DNA of 64,000 nt. It comes from an uncultured Clostridia bacterium (GTDB lineage Bacteria; Bacillota; Clostridia; Christensenellales; UBA1242). The stretch is taken from the NCBI GenBank assembly GCA_944350015.1, contig CALVNW010000001.1, forward strand, positions 115,183-179,182. Reading direction: 5' to 3'. A program made the translations under genes and the position numbers. Positions 10,175 to 20,400 of this stretch are shown here, one piece after another. The stretch's first letter is position 1, and each line of letters opens with the position of its first letter. The notes under the pieces were generated by a model. The model did no database searches, was not told the DNA's origin, and saw only the letters and a program-made list of their open reading frames with translations.

Positions 10175-11155
10175 TTAAACGGTAGGAGTAACTTCTACAC
10201 TAGTGTCATAAAGCACATAATCATTCAAGTCGGTAGGGTACTCAATTTCTCCAGCGAAAGGAAGAATGTTAGCTTCAATTGAGCCAGAGATTGCAATTGG
10301 CATAGTTGTATATTCGTCAACCTGCATTGTGACTTTGGCGTCAATAGACGCTGTCAAAGTTGCTCCAACAAAAGTATTGTTAGAATATACTATATAAATT
10401 ACCACATCATCCATAGAGTTAATCTTAAAAGCTTCCTTGAAGTCAGCTGGCGCTTGAGTTTCAATTAAATTAACGATATATTCGCCTTTAACTGTTGCTC
10501 TAACTTTATATTCGGTTTCTGTTTCATATTTTTCAAGTATGATGCCTTCTCCCCAAGAACCTTCAGGAACAATCTCAAGTAAAGTTAAAAGAGAATAGTC
10601 GGGGATAACTGCCACATCACTTTCAGTTCCAGTAGCAAGGTTTTGGTATAGTTTTTCTGGTATAGGAGTTTCCACTGATGAGTTAATGATTGAAGTTATT
10701 GCTTGCGCCTGTGATAAATCAACATATTGTTTTCCGTCTGTAATGTATTGATTTAAAACTGCAGACAAAGTTGCAGTTGTGCCAGCACTTACCGATGTCA
10801 TATTCATATTGACATAACTTGAAACATCTATTTCGTTTATATCTAGTGTACCTTCTTGAGAGTTGTTTTTCATATAACTATCAGAAGTAATTGTGATAGT
10901 AGAACTTTGACCATTTATATCCATTTTTGCGTCAAGACCTAGAGAAACTTGAAGTCCACCAAGCATATTGTCAAGATTAAAGCCACGACCGTCAAGTTCA
11001 GTCAGTACGCTTTCATAGGCAGATGTTTCGACTGCTGTAAAATCACCAGATGTGTCGACAACTCCCTCATTTTCGCTACCGCCACAGGCAGTAAGTACAA
11101 GTGCACTAGGTATTATTGCAAGACCAAGTGCCATTAATTTTAAAGATTTTTTCAT
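10175..11155 (-). CDS. lipoprotein, function unknown
   Basis: Signal peptide with lipobox (ALVLTAC-GG). AGAGGTGA RBS. Confidence 0.8.
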   Translation of the reverse strand: MKKSLKLMALGLAIIPSALVLTACGGSENEGVVDTSGDFTAVETSAYESVLTELDGRGFNLDNMLGGLQVSLGLDAKMDINGQSSTITITSDSYMKNNSQEGTLDINEIDVSSYVNMNMTSVSAGTTATLSAVLNQYITDGKQYVDLSQAQAITSIINSSVETPIPEKLYQNLATGTESDVAVIPDYSLLTLLEIVPEGSWGEGIILEKYETETEYKVRATVKGEYIVNLIETQAPADFKEAFKINSMDDVVIYIVYSNNTFVGATLTASIDAKVTMQVDEYTTMPIAISGSIEANILPFAGEIEYPTDLNDYVLYDTSVEVTPTV

Positions 11156-11238
11156 ATTTTCACCTCTTTTATGATAGTTATAGTTTACAACAATAAATAG
11201 AAAAAGTCAACCATTTTTCAAAAGGTTTACAAAAGTTG

Positions 11239-11267
11239 TTGCAAAAGTATCATTTATGAATTATCAT
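11239..11267 (+). promoter_or_regulatory. promoter TTGCAA-17-TATCAT placed for a leaderless transcript
   Basis: The -35 is at 11239-11244 and the -10 at 11262-11267. The ATG at 11274 begins 7 nt after the last base of the -10. No SD precedes either candidate ATG. Confidence 0.5.
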
Positions 11268-11273
11268 ATATAT

Positions 11274-13454
11274 ATGAATAATGACAAAAATTTGATTAAA
11301 AAGACAGAACTTTTGTCGCCAGTTGGCAGTTTTGAAGGGCTAAAGTGTGCTGTATATAATGGTGCCGATGCTGTATATTTAGGGCTTGACAACTTTAATG
11401 CGCGCGGCAATATTGAAAATTTTACGATGGACAACCTTAAGGATGCCACGACTTTTGCCCATATGTTTGGAGTTAAAGTTTATTTAACTTTAAATACTTT
11501 AGTTAAAGACGAGGAGTTTGAGAGCGTCATTGATTATGTAAAAAACGCTTTAAAAAGCAGGGTGGATGCCTTTATTGTTCAAGATATCGGGCTTATATAT
11601 TATCTTCGTCAGCACTTTCCAAACATTGAGCTTCACGCAAGCACACAGATGGGACTTAATAACCTTGAGGGTGTAAATGCCTTGAAAGACCTAGGCTTTT
11701 CACGCGTCGTACTTGCAAGAGAGACGCCACTATCTGAGATAAAGCGAATAAAAGAAAATTCGAGCGTAGATATAGAATATTTTGTTCAAGGAGCGCTTTG
11801 TGTATCCTTTTCTGGTAACTGTTATCTATGCTCTCTTCTTACTGGTGCGAGTGGCAACCGCGGAAAGTGCAAACAATTTTGTCGCCTTCCTTTTTCTGCT
11901 AGTATTGGGGATGAACATAGACAAGGCTACCTTTTAAGCACAAAGGACTTTTGCTTGCTACCTAAGCTTAAACAACTTTTGGACTCAGGTGTTACAAGTT
12001 TGAAGATTGAAGGCAGGGCAAGGAGACCAGCATACGTCGCGGTTGCTACTGGCATATATAGAAAGGCGCTTGACAATGGTTTTAAGTATAACGACGATGA
12101 TATTTTAAAGTTAAAAAAGGTCTACAATAGAGGCAACTTTACTTTAGGCTATTTTACAAGCGAAAAGATTATATATCCATATATCCAAAATCATATGGGT
12201 ATAAAAATAGGCGAGGTTATAGACTTTTCAAAAGGTAAAAAATTTAATATCATCACAATAAAGTCGAATTACGATATAAAGAAGGGTGATGTGATAAAAT
12301 TTATCAAAAATCAAAAAGAGGTGGGAGTAATCTCTGCGGTTGACATTAAAAAAGAAGAAGATATCTATAAACTGTCAACAACTTCGGTATTGCCTTACCC
12401 TTGTCAAGCCAATTTAATAGTCGACAGTCACCTTGAGAGCGACTTTCTAAACAATAAAAGATATATAGATGTCGATGTGACGCTTTCACTGAGAGCGGGC
12501 GAAAGGGCAAGAGTTACAATGTCGGCAAAAGATGTTAAAGTTAGTTTTACAAGCGTTTTTTTAACCGAAGAGGCAAAGACCTTGCCGATAACTTATGAAG
12601 ATTGCAAGGGTCAGTTTAACAAAATGGGCGATTATTTAAGGCTAAAAAATTTTATTGCAGACATTGGCAATGTCTTTTTAACTAAGGCTCAACTCAATGG
12701 ACTTAGACGTGATGGGATAGAGCTTTTAAAAGAAAAACTTATCGAAAATTACGAAAAAACAAACAAAATTCAAGAAAAATCGCAATTTTTTGATAAAAAA
12801 TGGCAAATTATTGATAAAAAACAACTTGCAAAAGATATGATTGTGTTTGATGATTTTAATAAAGTGGAGCTTTCTCAAGATAAAATTTTTATCTACGCGC
12901 CAAGTTTATACGGCGACAATATTAAGGCTTTATATCAAGAATACAAGAACCAAAACATCTTTATCTTGCTTCCAATTATGGCAAGCGAGAGTGAGATTGA
13001 AAAGATTAAGGATATTTTACAGTATTGTCAAAACTGGGGAGTAGTTGCAAACAATTATTGGGCACTTGAGTTAAAAGATAGGGACAAAACAATCATAGGA
13101 AGCTCGTTAAACGTCTTCAATTCTTACGCCATAAAATATTATGCGGATAGAGGCTACAAAAATATCATTTTGTCTATTGAGGAGCATTCAAATATTAAAA
13201 ATAGCGGTGTAAATCTATATGAATATGCAAGTTTTTATCCAGAGTATATGTATTTTAGGCACTGCCCATTTATCGAACACTTTAATAGCAGTTGCGATAA
13301 GTGCAAGTTTAATAATAATTTAGTTTATAACCTTAATGGCGAAGAATTTGTTATAAAAAGACAAAAAACCATCTCTTGTCAGTTTGTTTTAAAAGCTAAA
13401 AAGAGGGTGACAAAGGTATCCCAAGAAAATGTAAACAAAATTTATGAAATGTAG
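11274..13454 (+). CDS. U32-family peptidase (collagenase-like)
   Basis: ELLSPVGSFEGLKCAVYNGADAVYLG and KIEGRARRPAYV are typical of peptidase U32. The start was moved from 11256 to 11274 on the promoter geometry. Confidence 0.8.
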   Translation: MNNDKNLIKKTELLSPVGSFEGLKCAVYNGADAVYLGLDNFNARGNIENFTMDNLKDATTFAHMFGVKVYLTLNTLVKDEEFESVIDYVKNALKSRVDAFIVQDIGLIYYLRQHFPNIELHASTQMGLNNLEGVNALKDLGFSRVVLARETPLSEIKRIKENSSVDIEYFVQGALCVSFSGNCYLCSLLTGASGNRGKCKQFCRLPFSASIGDEHRQGYLLSTKDFCLLPKLKQLLDSGVTSLKIEGRARRPAYVAVATGIYRKALDNGFKYNDDDILKLKKVYNRGNFTLGYFTSEKIIYPYIQNHMGIKIGEVIDFSKGKKFNIITIKSNYDIKKGDVIKFIKNQKEVGVISAVDIKKEEDIYKLSTTSVLPYPCQANLIVDSHLESDFLNNKRYIDVDVTLSLRAGERARVTMSAKDVKVSFTSVFLTEEAKTLPITYEDCKGQFNKMGDYLRLKNFIADIGNVFLTKAQLNGLRRDGIELLKEKLIENYEKTNKIQEKSQFFDKKWQIIDKKQLAKDMIVFDDFNKVELSQDKIFIYAPSLYGDNIKALYQEYKNQNIFILLPIMASESEIEKIKDILQYCQNWGVVANNYWALELKDRDKTIIGSSLNVFNSYAIKYYADRGYKNIILSIEEHSNIKNSGVNLYEYASFYPEYMYFRHCPFIEHFNSSCDKCKFNNNLVYNLNGEEFVIKRQKTISCQFVLKAKKRVTKVSQENVNKIYEM

Positions 13455-13476
13455 ACTAATAACATAATAAGTCAAT

Positions 13477-13517
13477 AAAAAAAGAAGTTTAAATTAGTGC
13501 TATTAAACTTCTTTTTT
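13477..13517. terminator. bidirectional intrinsic terminator between convergent genes
   Basis: AGAAGTTTAA...TTAAACTTCT stem, flanked by an A run and a T run. Confidence 0.6.
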
Positions 13518-13598
13518 AATGTTAAATTGTTATTTAATTAACTTAATTTATCAAAAGTAAATAAAATAATCACAAAAATCACAAATTAAACAAAGTTT

Positions 13599-14117
13599 TT
13601 ATTGTTCTTTTCCACAATGAGAGCAAAATTTGCTATCGGCATCAATCTTTTGCCCGCAGTGCTTGCAAAATATTTGTTTTTCATCTTTATCTGCTAAATT
13701 GTTATCAGGCTGAACTTCTTCCATTACACCTTCAGTAACTGATTTTGCAACTTCTTTTGCGCCAAGAGCTGATATTTCACCGCTTTGCTGAGAGATGTCC
13801 TTTAAGTCCTCTTTGTTTTTATCTATTATATATTTATTTGTCTTAATCATAGCCCTTTGAATATTAGGCAGAAAGGCAATAAACATCAAAAATACGCATA
13901 TAGGAAGGCATAAAAATCCGCCCATCCTTAAGCCAAAATTACTATCCATTTCATCGCCTAGGGTAAAAGATAAAACTATCATAGTTATTGCTCCGAGTAA
14001 AAGAATGATTGCGACTATCTTTAGGATAAGGTACATTTTAGGCTTTTTAACTTTAGTGTCAACAGGGGTGTTATTTTGTTCATTTTCATTTGGAACATTA
14101 TTTAAATTTTCTTTCAT
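13599..14117 (-). CDS. membrane protein with C-terminal zinc ribbon
   Basis: Two TM helices. C-terminal CKHCG...CSHCG motif. Confidence 0.7.
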   Translation of the reverse strand: MKENLNNVPNENEQNNTPVDTKVKKPKMYLILKIVAIILLLGAITMIVLSFTLGDEMDSNFGLRMGGFLCLPICVFLMFIAFLPNIQRAMIKTNKYIIDKNKEDLKDISQQSGEISALGAKEVAKSVTEGVMEEVQPDNNLADKDEKQIFCKHCGQKIDADSKFCSHCGKEQ

Positions 14118-14250
14118 ATTTACCTCTTTTATATCAATATATTAGCAAAACCATAAAATTTTGTCAAAGAAAAAGCGATTAAATAATTTTTAATTTATTT
14201 TGAAAAGAAGATGTTTTGTGATACAATAAATTTGAGTTTAGGGGGACTTT

Positions 14251-14631
14251 ATGAAAAAACTTGTAATATATAAATGTAAAATATGTGGAAACATCGTCAT
14301 TAAACTTGTAGACAAAGGTGTACCTTTAATGTGCTGTGGTACTTTTATGGAAGAGCTTGTTCCAGCTTCTAGCGATGGCGCAGTAGAAAAACATATGCCT
14401 GTTGTAAAAGTTGATGAGAAGGTGGTCACCGTAACTGTCGGCGAGGTGCCTCATCCTATGACTGAGGAGCACTATATCAGTCAAATCATAGCGCTTACAG
14501 ATAAGGGCTATTATGTAAAAGAACTTCAACCAAATGACCAGCCTAAGGCAAAGTTTACTTTAACTGACGAAAGCCTTGTCAGCGTATATTCACTTTGCAA
14601 TCTTCACGGTGTTTGGGCTAAAAACATATAA
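14251..14631 (+). CDS. dfx: desulfoferrodoxin (2Fe superoxide reductase)
   Basis: N-terminal CKICG...CCG desulforedoxin-like site. C-terminal HPMTEEHYI and CNLHGVW motifs. Confidence 0.85.
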   Translation: MKKLVIYKCKICGNIVIKLVDKGVPLMCCGTFMEELVPASSDGAVEKHMPVVKVDEKVVTVTVGEVPHPMTEEHYISQIIALTDKGYYVKELQPNDQPKAKFTLTDESLVSVYSLCNLHGVWAKNI

Positions 14632-14682
14632 ATTAAACAAATTAGAAGGCAAATTTAATTAATTCTTTTTAAAAGGAGAGTT

Positions 14683-15051
14683 ATGGCAAAAGGAAAAGCT
14701 AAGAAAAGTCTAAAGTTTATAATCTTGCTTGTGCTTATTGCAGGAGCTATAGTAGGTGGCTTTTTTACCGCAAAGCATATCACAAGAAATGACACTTTTG
14801 AGATAATTGGTGATAAGACTGTCACAATTCAAGTTGGTCAAGTTTACGAGGACCAAGGTGCAAAGGCAATATCTTTTGGCAAGGATGTATCTAGTAAAAT
14901 CACTACCGAAAGTAATGTTAATAATATGGAAGAGGGTAGCTATTATATCAAGTATACCGTTGACGATATAAGATATAAAAACATAGAGAGATATAGGATT
15001 GTTATTGTCATTGCTACGAGCGAAGGTGAGGTGAGCGATGAAAATAATTAA
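14683..15051 (+). CDS. membrane-anchored Ig-like (DUF5011-type) domain protein
   Basis: N-terminal TM helix. The pattern FEIIGDKTVTIQVGQVYEDQGAKA...GSYYIKYTVDD fits DUF5011. Confidence 0.6.
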   Translation: MAKGKAKKSLKFIILLVLIAGAIVGGFFTAKHITRNDTFEIIGDKTVTIQVGQVYEDQGAKAISFGKDVSSKITTESNVNNMEEGSYYIKYTVDDIRYKNIERYRIVIVIATSEGEVSDENN

Positions 15052-16219
15052 AGGTCTATTAGGAATATTGCTGTCTTTACTTTTAATTGCAATTGGTTTT
15101 GGTGTTGGTTTTGTATATTATGTATTTGTAGAGGACACACCTGTCAGTGAAACCTTGAAAGAAGACTCTGAAGTGCCTAGCGGAGAAACTGGCATAGATG
15201 ACGAAGTTATTAAAAATGGTGACCTTTCCATACACTTTATGGAACTTGGAAATATCTACACTGGCGACAGCATCTTAATTCAGTGCGGTGACAATGATAT
15301 TTTGATTGACGCTGGCTCAGAGTATTCATCAGCGCCAACGCTTATTAGTTACATTGATAAATATGTGACTGATAACACTCTTGAGTATGTTATAGCAACG
15401 CACGGTCATACCGACCATATTGCCTCTTTTATTAGCACAGAAGAATACACTGGAATATTTGAGCATTATAAGGTTGAAAATATTATAGATTTTCCTCTTA
15501 CAAACAGCTCAGGCTCATCAAGGACAATTGTTGGAAGGTACAGGAATGCCCGTGACAACGAGATAGCCGAGGGCGCTAATCACTGGACTGCGCTTGAGTG
15601 CTATAACGAAGAAAATGGCGCAAGCAGAGTTATACAGCTTTCGAAAGATGTCAATATGGAGATACTTTATAATTATTATTATGAAAATACTAGCAGTTCT
15701 GAGAATAACTACTCAGTTTGTCTTATGATCAATCAAGGTGACAATCACTATCTTTTCACAGGCGACCTTGAGACAGCGGGCGAGAAATGCCTTGTAACTT
15801 ACTATGAAGAAAATCACGGCGGACTGCCACACTGCGTATTATATAAGGCTGGGCATCACGGTTCAAAGACCTCTAGTTGTCCAGAGCTTATGGAAGCGAT
15901 AACACCAGAGTATGTAGTAGTATGTTGTTGCGCGGGAACAAGTGAGTATACCGATGACAATAACAATCAATTTCCAACGCAGGAGTTTATTGACAACGTT
16001 GCACCATACACAAAGAATGTCTATGTGACGACGATGGTTGACAATTATACGCCAAAAGACGAGTTTGAAAGTGGCACAACGGTGAAGTCAATGAACGGCA
16101 ATATTGTTTTCACGGTTACAGACGGACAAATTAAATTGATGTTTAGTAATAATAATTTAAGGCTTCTCGACACCGAATGGTTCAAAAGTAAGCGTACTTG
16201 TCCAGAGGCGTGGTTATAA
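15038..16219 (+). CDS. membrane-anchored MBL-fold hydrolase (ComEC C-terminal-domain-like)
   Basis: N-terminal TM helix. Motifs ATHGHTDHI, FTGDLE and YKAGHHGS. The start overlaps the upstream gene. Confidence 0.75.
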   Translation: MKIIKGLLGILLSLLLIAIGFGVGFVYYVFVEDTPVSETLKEDSEVPSGETGIDDEVIKNGDLSIHFMELGNIYTGDSILIQCGDNDILIDAGSEYSSAPTLISYIDKYVTDNTLEYVIATHGHTDHIASFISTEEYTGIFEHYKVENIIDFPLTNSSGSSRTIVGRYRNARDNEIAEGANHWTALECYNEENGASRVIQLSKDVNMEILYNYYYENTSSSENNYSVCLMINQGDNHYLFTGDLETAGEKCLVTYYEENHGGLPHCVLYKAGHHGSKTSSCPELMEAITPEYVVVCCCAGTSEYTDDNNNQFPTQEFIDNVAPYTKNVYVTTMVDNYTPKDEFESGTTVKSMNGNIVFTVTDGQIKLMFSNNNLRLLDTEWFKSKRTCPEAWL

Positions 16220-16325
16220 AAATTAGTTTAAATTTTCGTTATTTAATAAAAATTATAACAATATCTTGATATTTAGCTTAAATATTAATATTAATTAATA
16301 TATCAAAATTATTTAAGGAGATTTT

Positions 16326-17177
16326 ATGAAAGGTGTTATTTTGACAGCGGGCAGTGCAACAAGGCTTCGCCCAATCACAAATTGTTATGGCAAGGTGCTA
16401 GTTCCGCTGTATAATAAACCAATGATTTTTTACGGGCTGTCACTACTTTTTGGTGCGGGAGTAAATGAAATTGCCATTGTTTGCAATGAAAGAGATTATC
16501 CGCTCTTTTTTGAGCTTTTCAAAGATAAGATTTATAAAGATAGGCTAAAGTTTTTTATTCAGAAAGAGGCTCTCGGCACTGCAAACGCAATAAAGTATGC
16601 AAAAGATTTTGTCGGGGATGATGATTTTGTTCTCCTCTTTGGTGACAATATATTTGTCTATCAAAATATGAGCGTCTTGCTAAAGGATGCAATAAAAAAT
16701 AATGAAGGTATAACCTTATTTGCAAAAGAGGTTAATGACCCAGAAAGATTTGGCGTTATTGAATTTGATAAGAATAACAATGTGCTTACTATTGAAGAAA
16801 AACCACAAAAGCCAAAGTCTAATTTCGTGGCGACAGGGCTTTATGTATGTAAAAACAATCTTTTAAAGGAGATTGACTCACTCAAAAAATCACCACGTGG
16901 TGAGTATGAGTTTACTGATGTTATCGCAGGGCAGGTAGAGCGAGGGCTTGCAAAGGTCTGTCCACTGCCAAGTGAATGCGCCTATCTTGATACTGGCACT
17001 TTTGATAGTTTGCTTGAATGCTCTGTTTTAATCAAAGAATATGAGAAAGAAAACGGCTTGTATGGTGCGGTTGAGCTTGACCTATATAAGTCTGGCAAGA
17101 TAACAAAAGAAGAGTTTAAGGGTGCAATAACCATCTATGCAAAAGACTACAGAGAAAGACTAAATAAGATGTTGTAA
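16326..17177 (+). CDS. sugar-1-phosphate nucleotidyltransferase (RmlA-like)
   Basis: MKGVILTAGSATRLRPIT...KPMIFYGLS matches the G1P thymidylyltransferase signature. Confidence 0.75.
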   Translation: MKGVILTAGSATRLRPITNCYGKVLVPLYNKPMIFYGLSLLFGAGVNEIAIVCNERDYPLFFELFKDKIYKDRLKFFIQKEALGTANAIKYAKDFVGDDDFVLLFGDNIFVYQNMSVLLKDAIKNNEGITLFAKEVNDPERFGVIEFDKNNNVLTIEEKPQKPKSNFVATGLYVCKNNLLKEIDSLKKSPRGEYEFTDVIAGQVERGLAKVCPLPSECAYLDTGTFDSLLECSVLIKEYEKENGLYGAVELDLYKSGKITKEEFKGAITIYAKDYRERLNKML

Positions 17178-17456
17178 AATTTTAGTAAAATTAAAACACA
17201 TAACTAGTTTTAATTTGACTTGCAGGACAAATTCGATAGAATTTACAAAATTCTATGTCAACAAAAAATTAACATTATATAGTCTATTTATAATAATATA
17301 AGATGTCTTTTAAAGGTATCTTTTTTTGTAAATTTAATCTTACAAAAAAATAAAACTCAACTTTTCAACAAATAATAATGTAATTCTACTTTTAGTAGAG
17401 ATAATTTTTAAACTTTTTTAGATTTTTTATGCTATAATAAATTTGTCGGAGGGAAC

Positions 17457-20400
17457 GTGAAAAATTACGGACAAGTAATCTCAAAACTAAGAAAACAAAA
17501 GGGGCTTACACAAGAGCAACTTGGCAAAAAGCTAAATGTATCCTTTCAAGCTGTTTCAAAATGGGAAAACAATCAGTCAGAGCCAAATCTTGAAACCATT
17601 GAAAAGCTTGCTGATGTGTTTGGTATAACGATTGCCCAGTTTTTTGAGATGGCAAATATTGATGAAGGTGATAGTGCTACTAAAAACTTAGAAAGTACTG
17701 ACAGTAAAAATAATGATATTAATATAGAAAATAATAATGGTGGCGCGCAAGGCTCAACCAAGGGCAATGCGTTTGTGCAAAACCTAAAAAAATATAAAGA
17801 GTGGTATTTGATGATTGGGCTTGCTATTGTTATACTTGCATTAGTACTTGGCGCTTTTGTAAGACCAACAAAATACTCGAGTAGCAAGATTTATCAAATG
17901 GTCGATCCTGCTGTATTTTGTATAACCGCACAAGGTCCAGATGTTCAAAGGGCGGGCTCTGGTTTCTTTATAAATGACAGCGGGCTTGCCGTGACAAACT
18001 ATCACGTAATTGAAGGTTGCACAAGCGGAAGAGTGCAATTAAACGATGGTAAAACATATGATATAGAGCTTGTAGTTGGCTGTGACCGAAATCGTGATAT
18101 TGCTATTCTGCAGATAGATATAGGAAAGTCAAACTCTGTAAAACTTGGCAATAGCGACAAAATAGAGGTTGGTGACATTGTCTACGCGATTGGCTATCCT
18201 GAGTCATTTCAGCTTGGAAGCGCCTCTAGCACTTTTACACAAGGTATAATTTCAAAAGTTTCCTTTACATATGAAGGCAATTCATATATTCAAACAACTG
18301 TAGATATGACGCACGGCAATAGTGGTGGCGTGCTTATCAATGAAAGGGGTCAGATTATAGGTATTACAACAGGAATGCTCACTGACGGCAATGTCGACTA
18401 TATGAATTTAGCGATACCTATAAACAAACTTGATGGCGTTAAACGCGATATCAATGTGTCTATGAGCGATTACTATGATCAGGTAAAAGAGAGAACCTTT
18501 TACTATTATAGTGATGGCGATATTTATAATACTGTAAGTTATGTTGCGGGTGATTTAATAAGCCCGATAGAACCTAGCAAAGTCGGCTATCAGTTTGATG
18601 GCTGGTACACTGATGAGACCTTCCAAACAAGATTTGATTTTTCTCAGCCAGTGACCGAAAACAATACCTGCTATGCCCACTGGGTTGCAAATGCCTACAC
18701 AATCTCCTTTGACGGCAACGGCGGACGGGGTAGTATGGATAGTATCAAGGCAAGGTATGACCAAGCGGTTGCCCTTCCAAATAATGCATTTACCTTCGAG
18801 CATTACAACTTTATTGGATGGAGCATAGATGGTAGCGAGGTGTTGTACACACAAAACCAAGCCGTTAAGAACCTTACAAGCGAAAATAATGGCGAAGTTA
18901 TTTTAAAGGCTGTTTGGGATGTTGAATCTATAACCATTCACTTTGATATAAATGGTGGCGATGGCGGAGAAATGGCAGACTTCAAACTTGGATTTTTTGA
19001 CACCAAAGCCCTTCCATTAAACAGTTTTACAAAAGAAGGCTATGCCTTTGCTGGCTGGCTATATAATGGCGTAGTCTACCAAGACGGGCAAGAGGTATCA
19101 GCACTTGCTGACGAAGAGGTTACAATCACCTTTATAGCTCAGTGGCAGCCAGTTAAATATAAAGTAGTCTTTAGTTTTTTAGAAGAGACCTATTCACAAG
19201 AAATGACATATGACGAATCGGCGACATTGCTAGCAAACCAGTTTGAACATATAGGGCATCATTTTTCTTACTGGTATGATGAAGAGGGAAATCATTATTA
19301 TGACTGCCAAGAGGTTATTAATCTTATAAGTGAGCCAACAGAAATTGTACTTTATGCACAGTTTGATAGAAACACATATTATATAAGATACAATCCTCAA
19401 ATTGATGGTGTTGAGCCGATAATGGAAGCGCATTTGTATAGAGATACATTCGAGCTAATGCATTGTCCTTATGGGAAAAGAGGTTATAGCTTTGAAGGTT
19501 GGCAGGATAGTGAAGGTAAGCTTTTGGAAGACTTGTATTACACTAACCTTGCCATCGAGCAGGATGCCGTAGTAGATTTATATGCAGTTTGGGAAGAGTA
19601 TGAATATACTTTATGTTACCTAGGTTTTAATAACGAAATTTTGGCGGAAGAAAATCATAAATATTTTGATTATGTTACAATCAAGGGTGATTTTGGACTA
19701 GCGAAAGAGGGTTATATCTTTGACGGCTGGAGGTTTTATGATACCAGTGCTGAGGAATATGTTTATTTGCCAGAAAATGCAGTTTTAAATGAAATTCCAA
19801 GGCCATATTTTGTAGGCATATTGAAAGTATCATCTGTTTGGAAGCCTATTGAGTACACAATATCCTTTAATGGCAACGGCGCGGATAGTGGCACAATGTC
19901 TGACATCACTTGCAAGTATGATAGCGAGATAACTCTTCCAGCAAACACCTTTATTCGCAGTGGCTATATTTTTGCTCACTGGGAGTATGATGACAAGTCG
20001 TTTGTAGATGAGGGCACAGTTCTCAACCTCACTTCAACGAATGGTGAAGTGATAACATTAACTGCAGTTTGGGCGAAACCTTTGTCCGGTGAAGGCACAG
20101 AAGAAAATCCTTATACAATTTCTACAAAGGATGAATTTATTAGTTTTACTTTACTTTCAAGATATGTAGGCTATGAAGAAGGGCAATATTTCTCGCTTGA
20201 AACAAACATAGACTTAGAGAACGCAAGAATATGGTCGGTATTCTCATTTAACGGCATCTTTGAAGGCAATGATTATTCTATCAGCAACTTCACTTTGAAG
20301 GGTGACGGCACAACTGTTGCACTATTCAATGTCAATGATGGCATCATAAGAAACCTAACTCTTAACAATGTGACAATAGATGATAACGCATTTAAAGCGG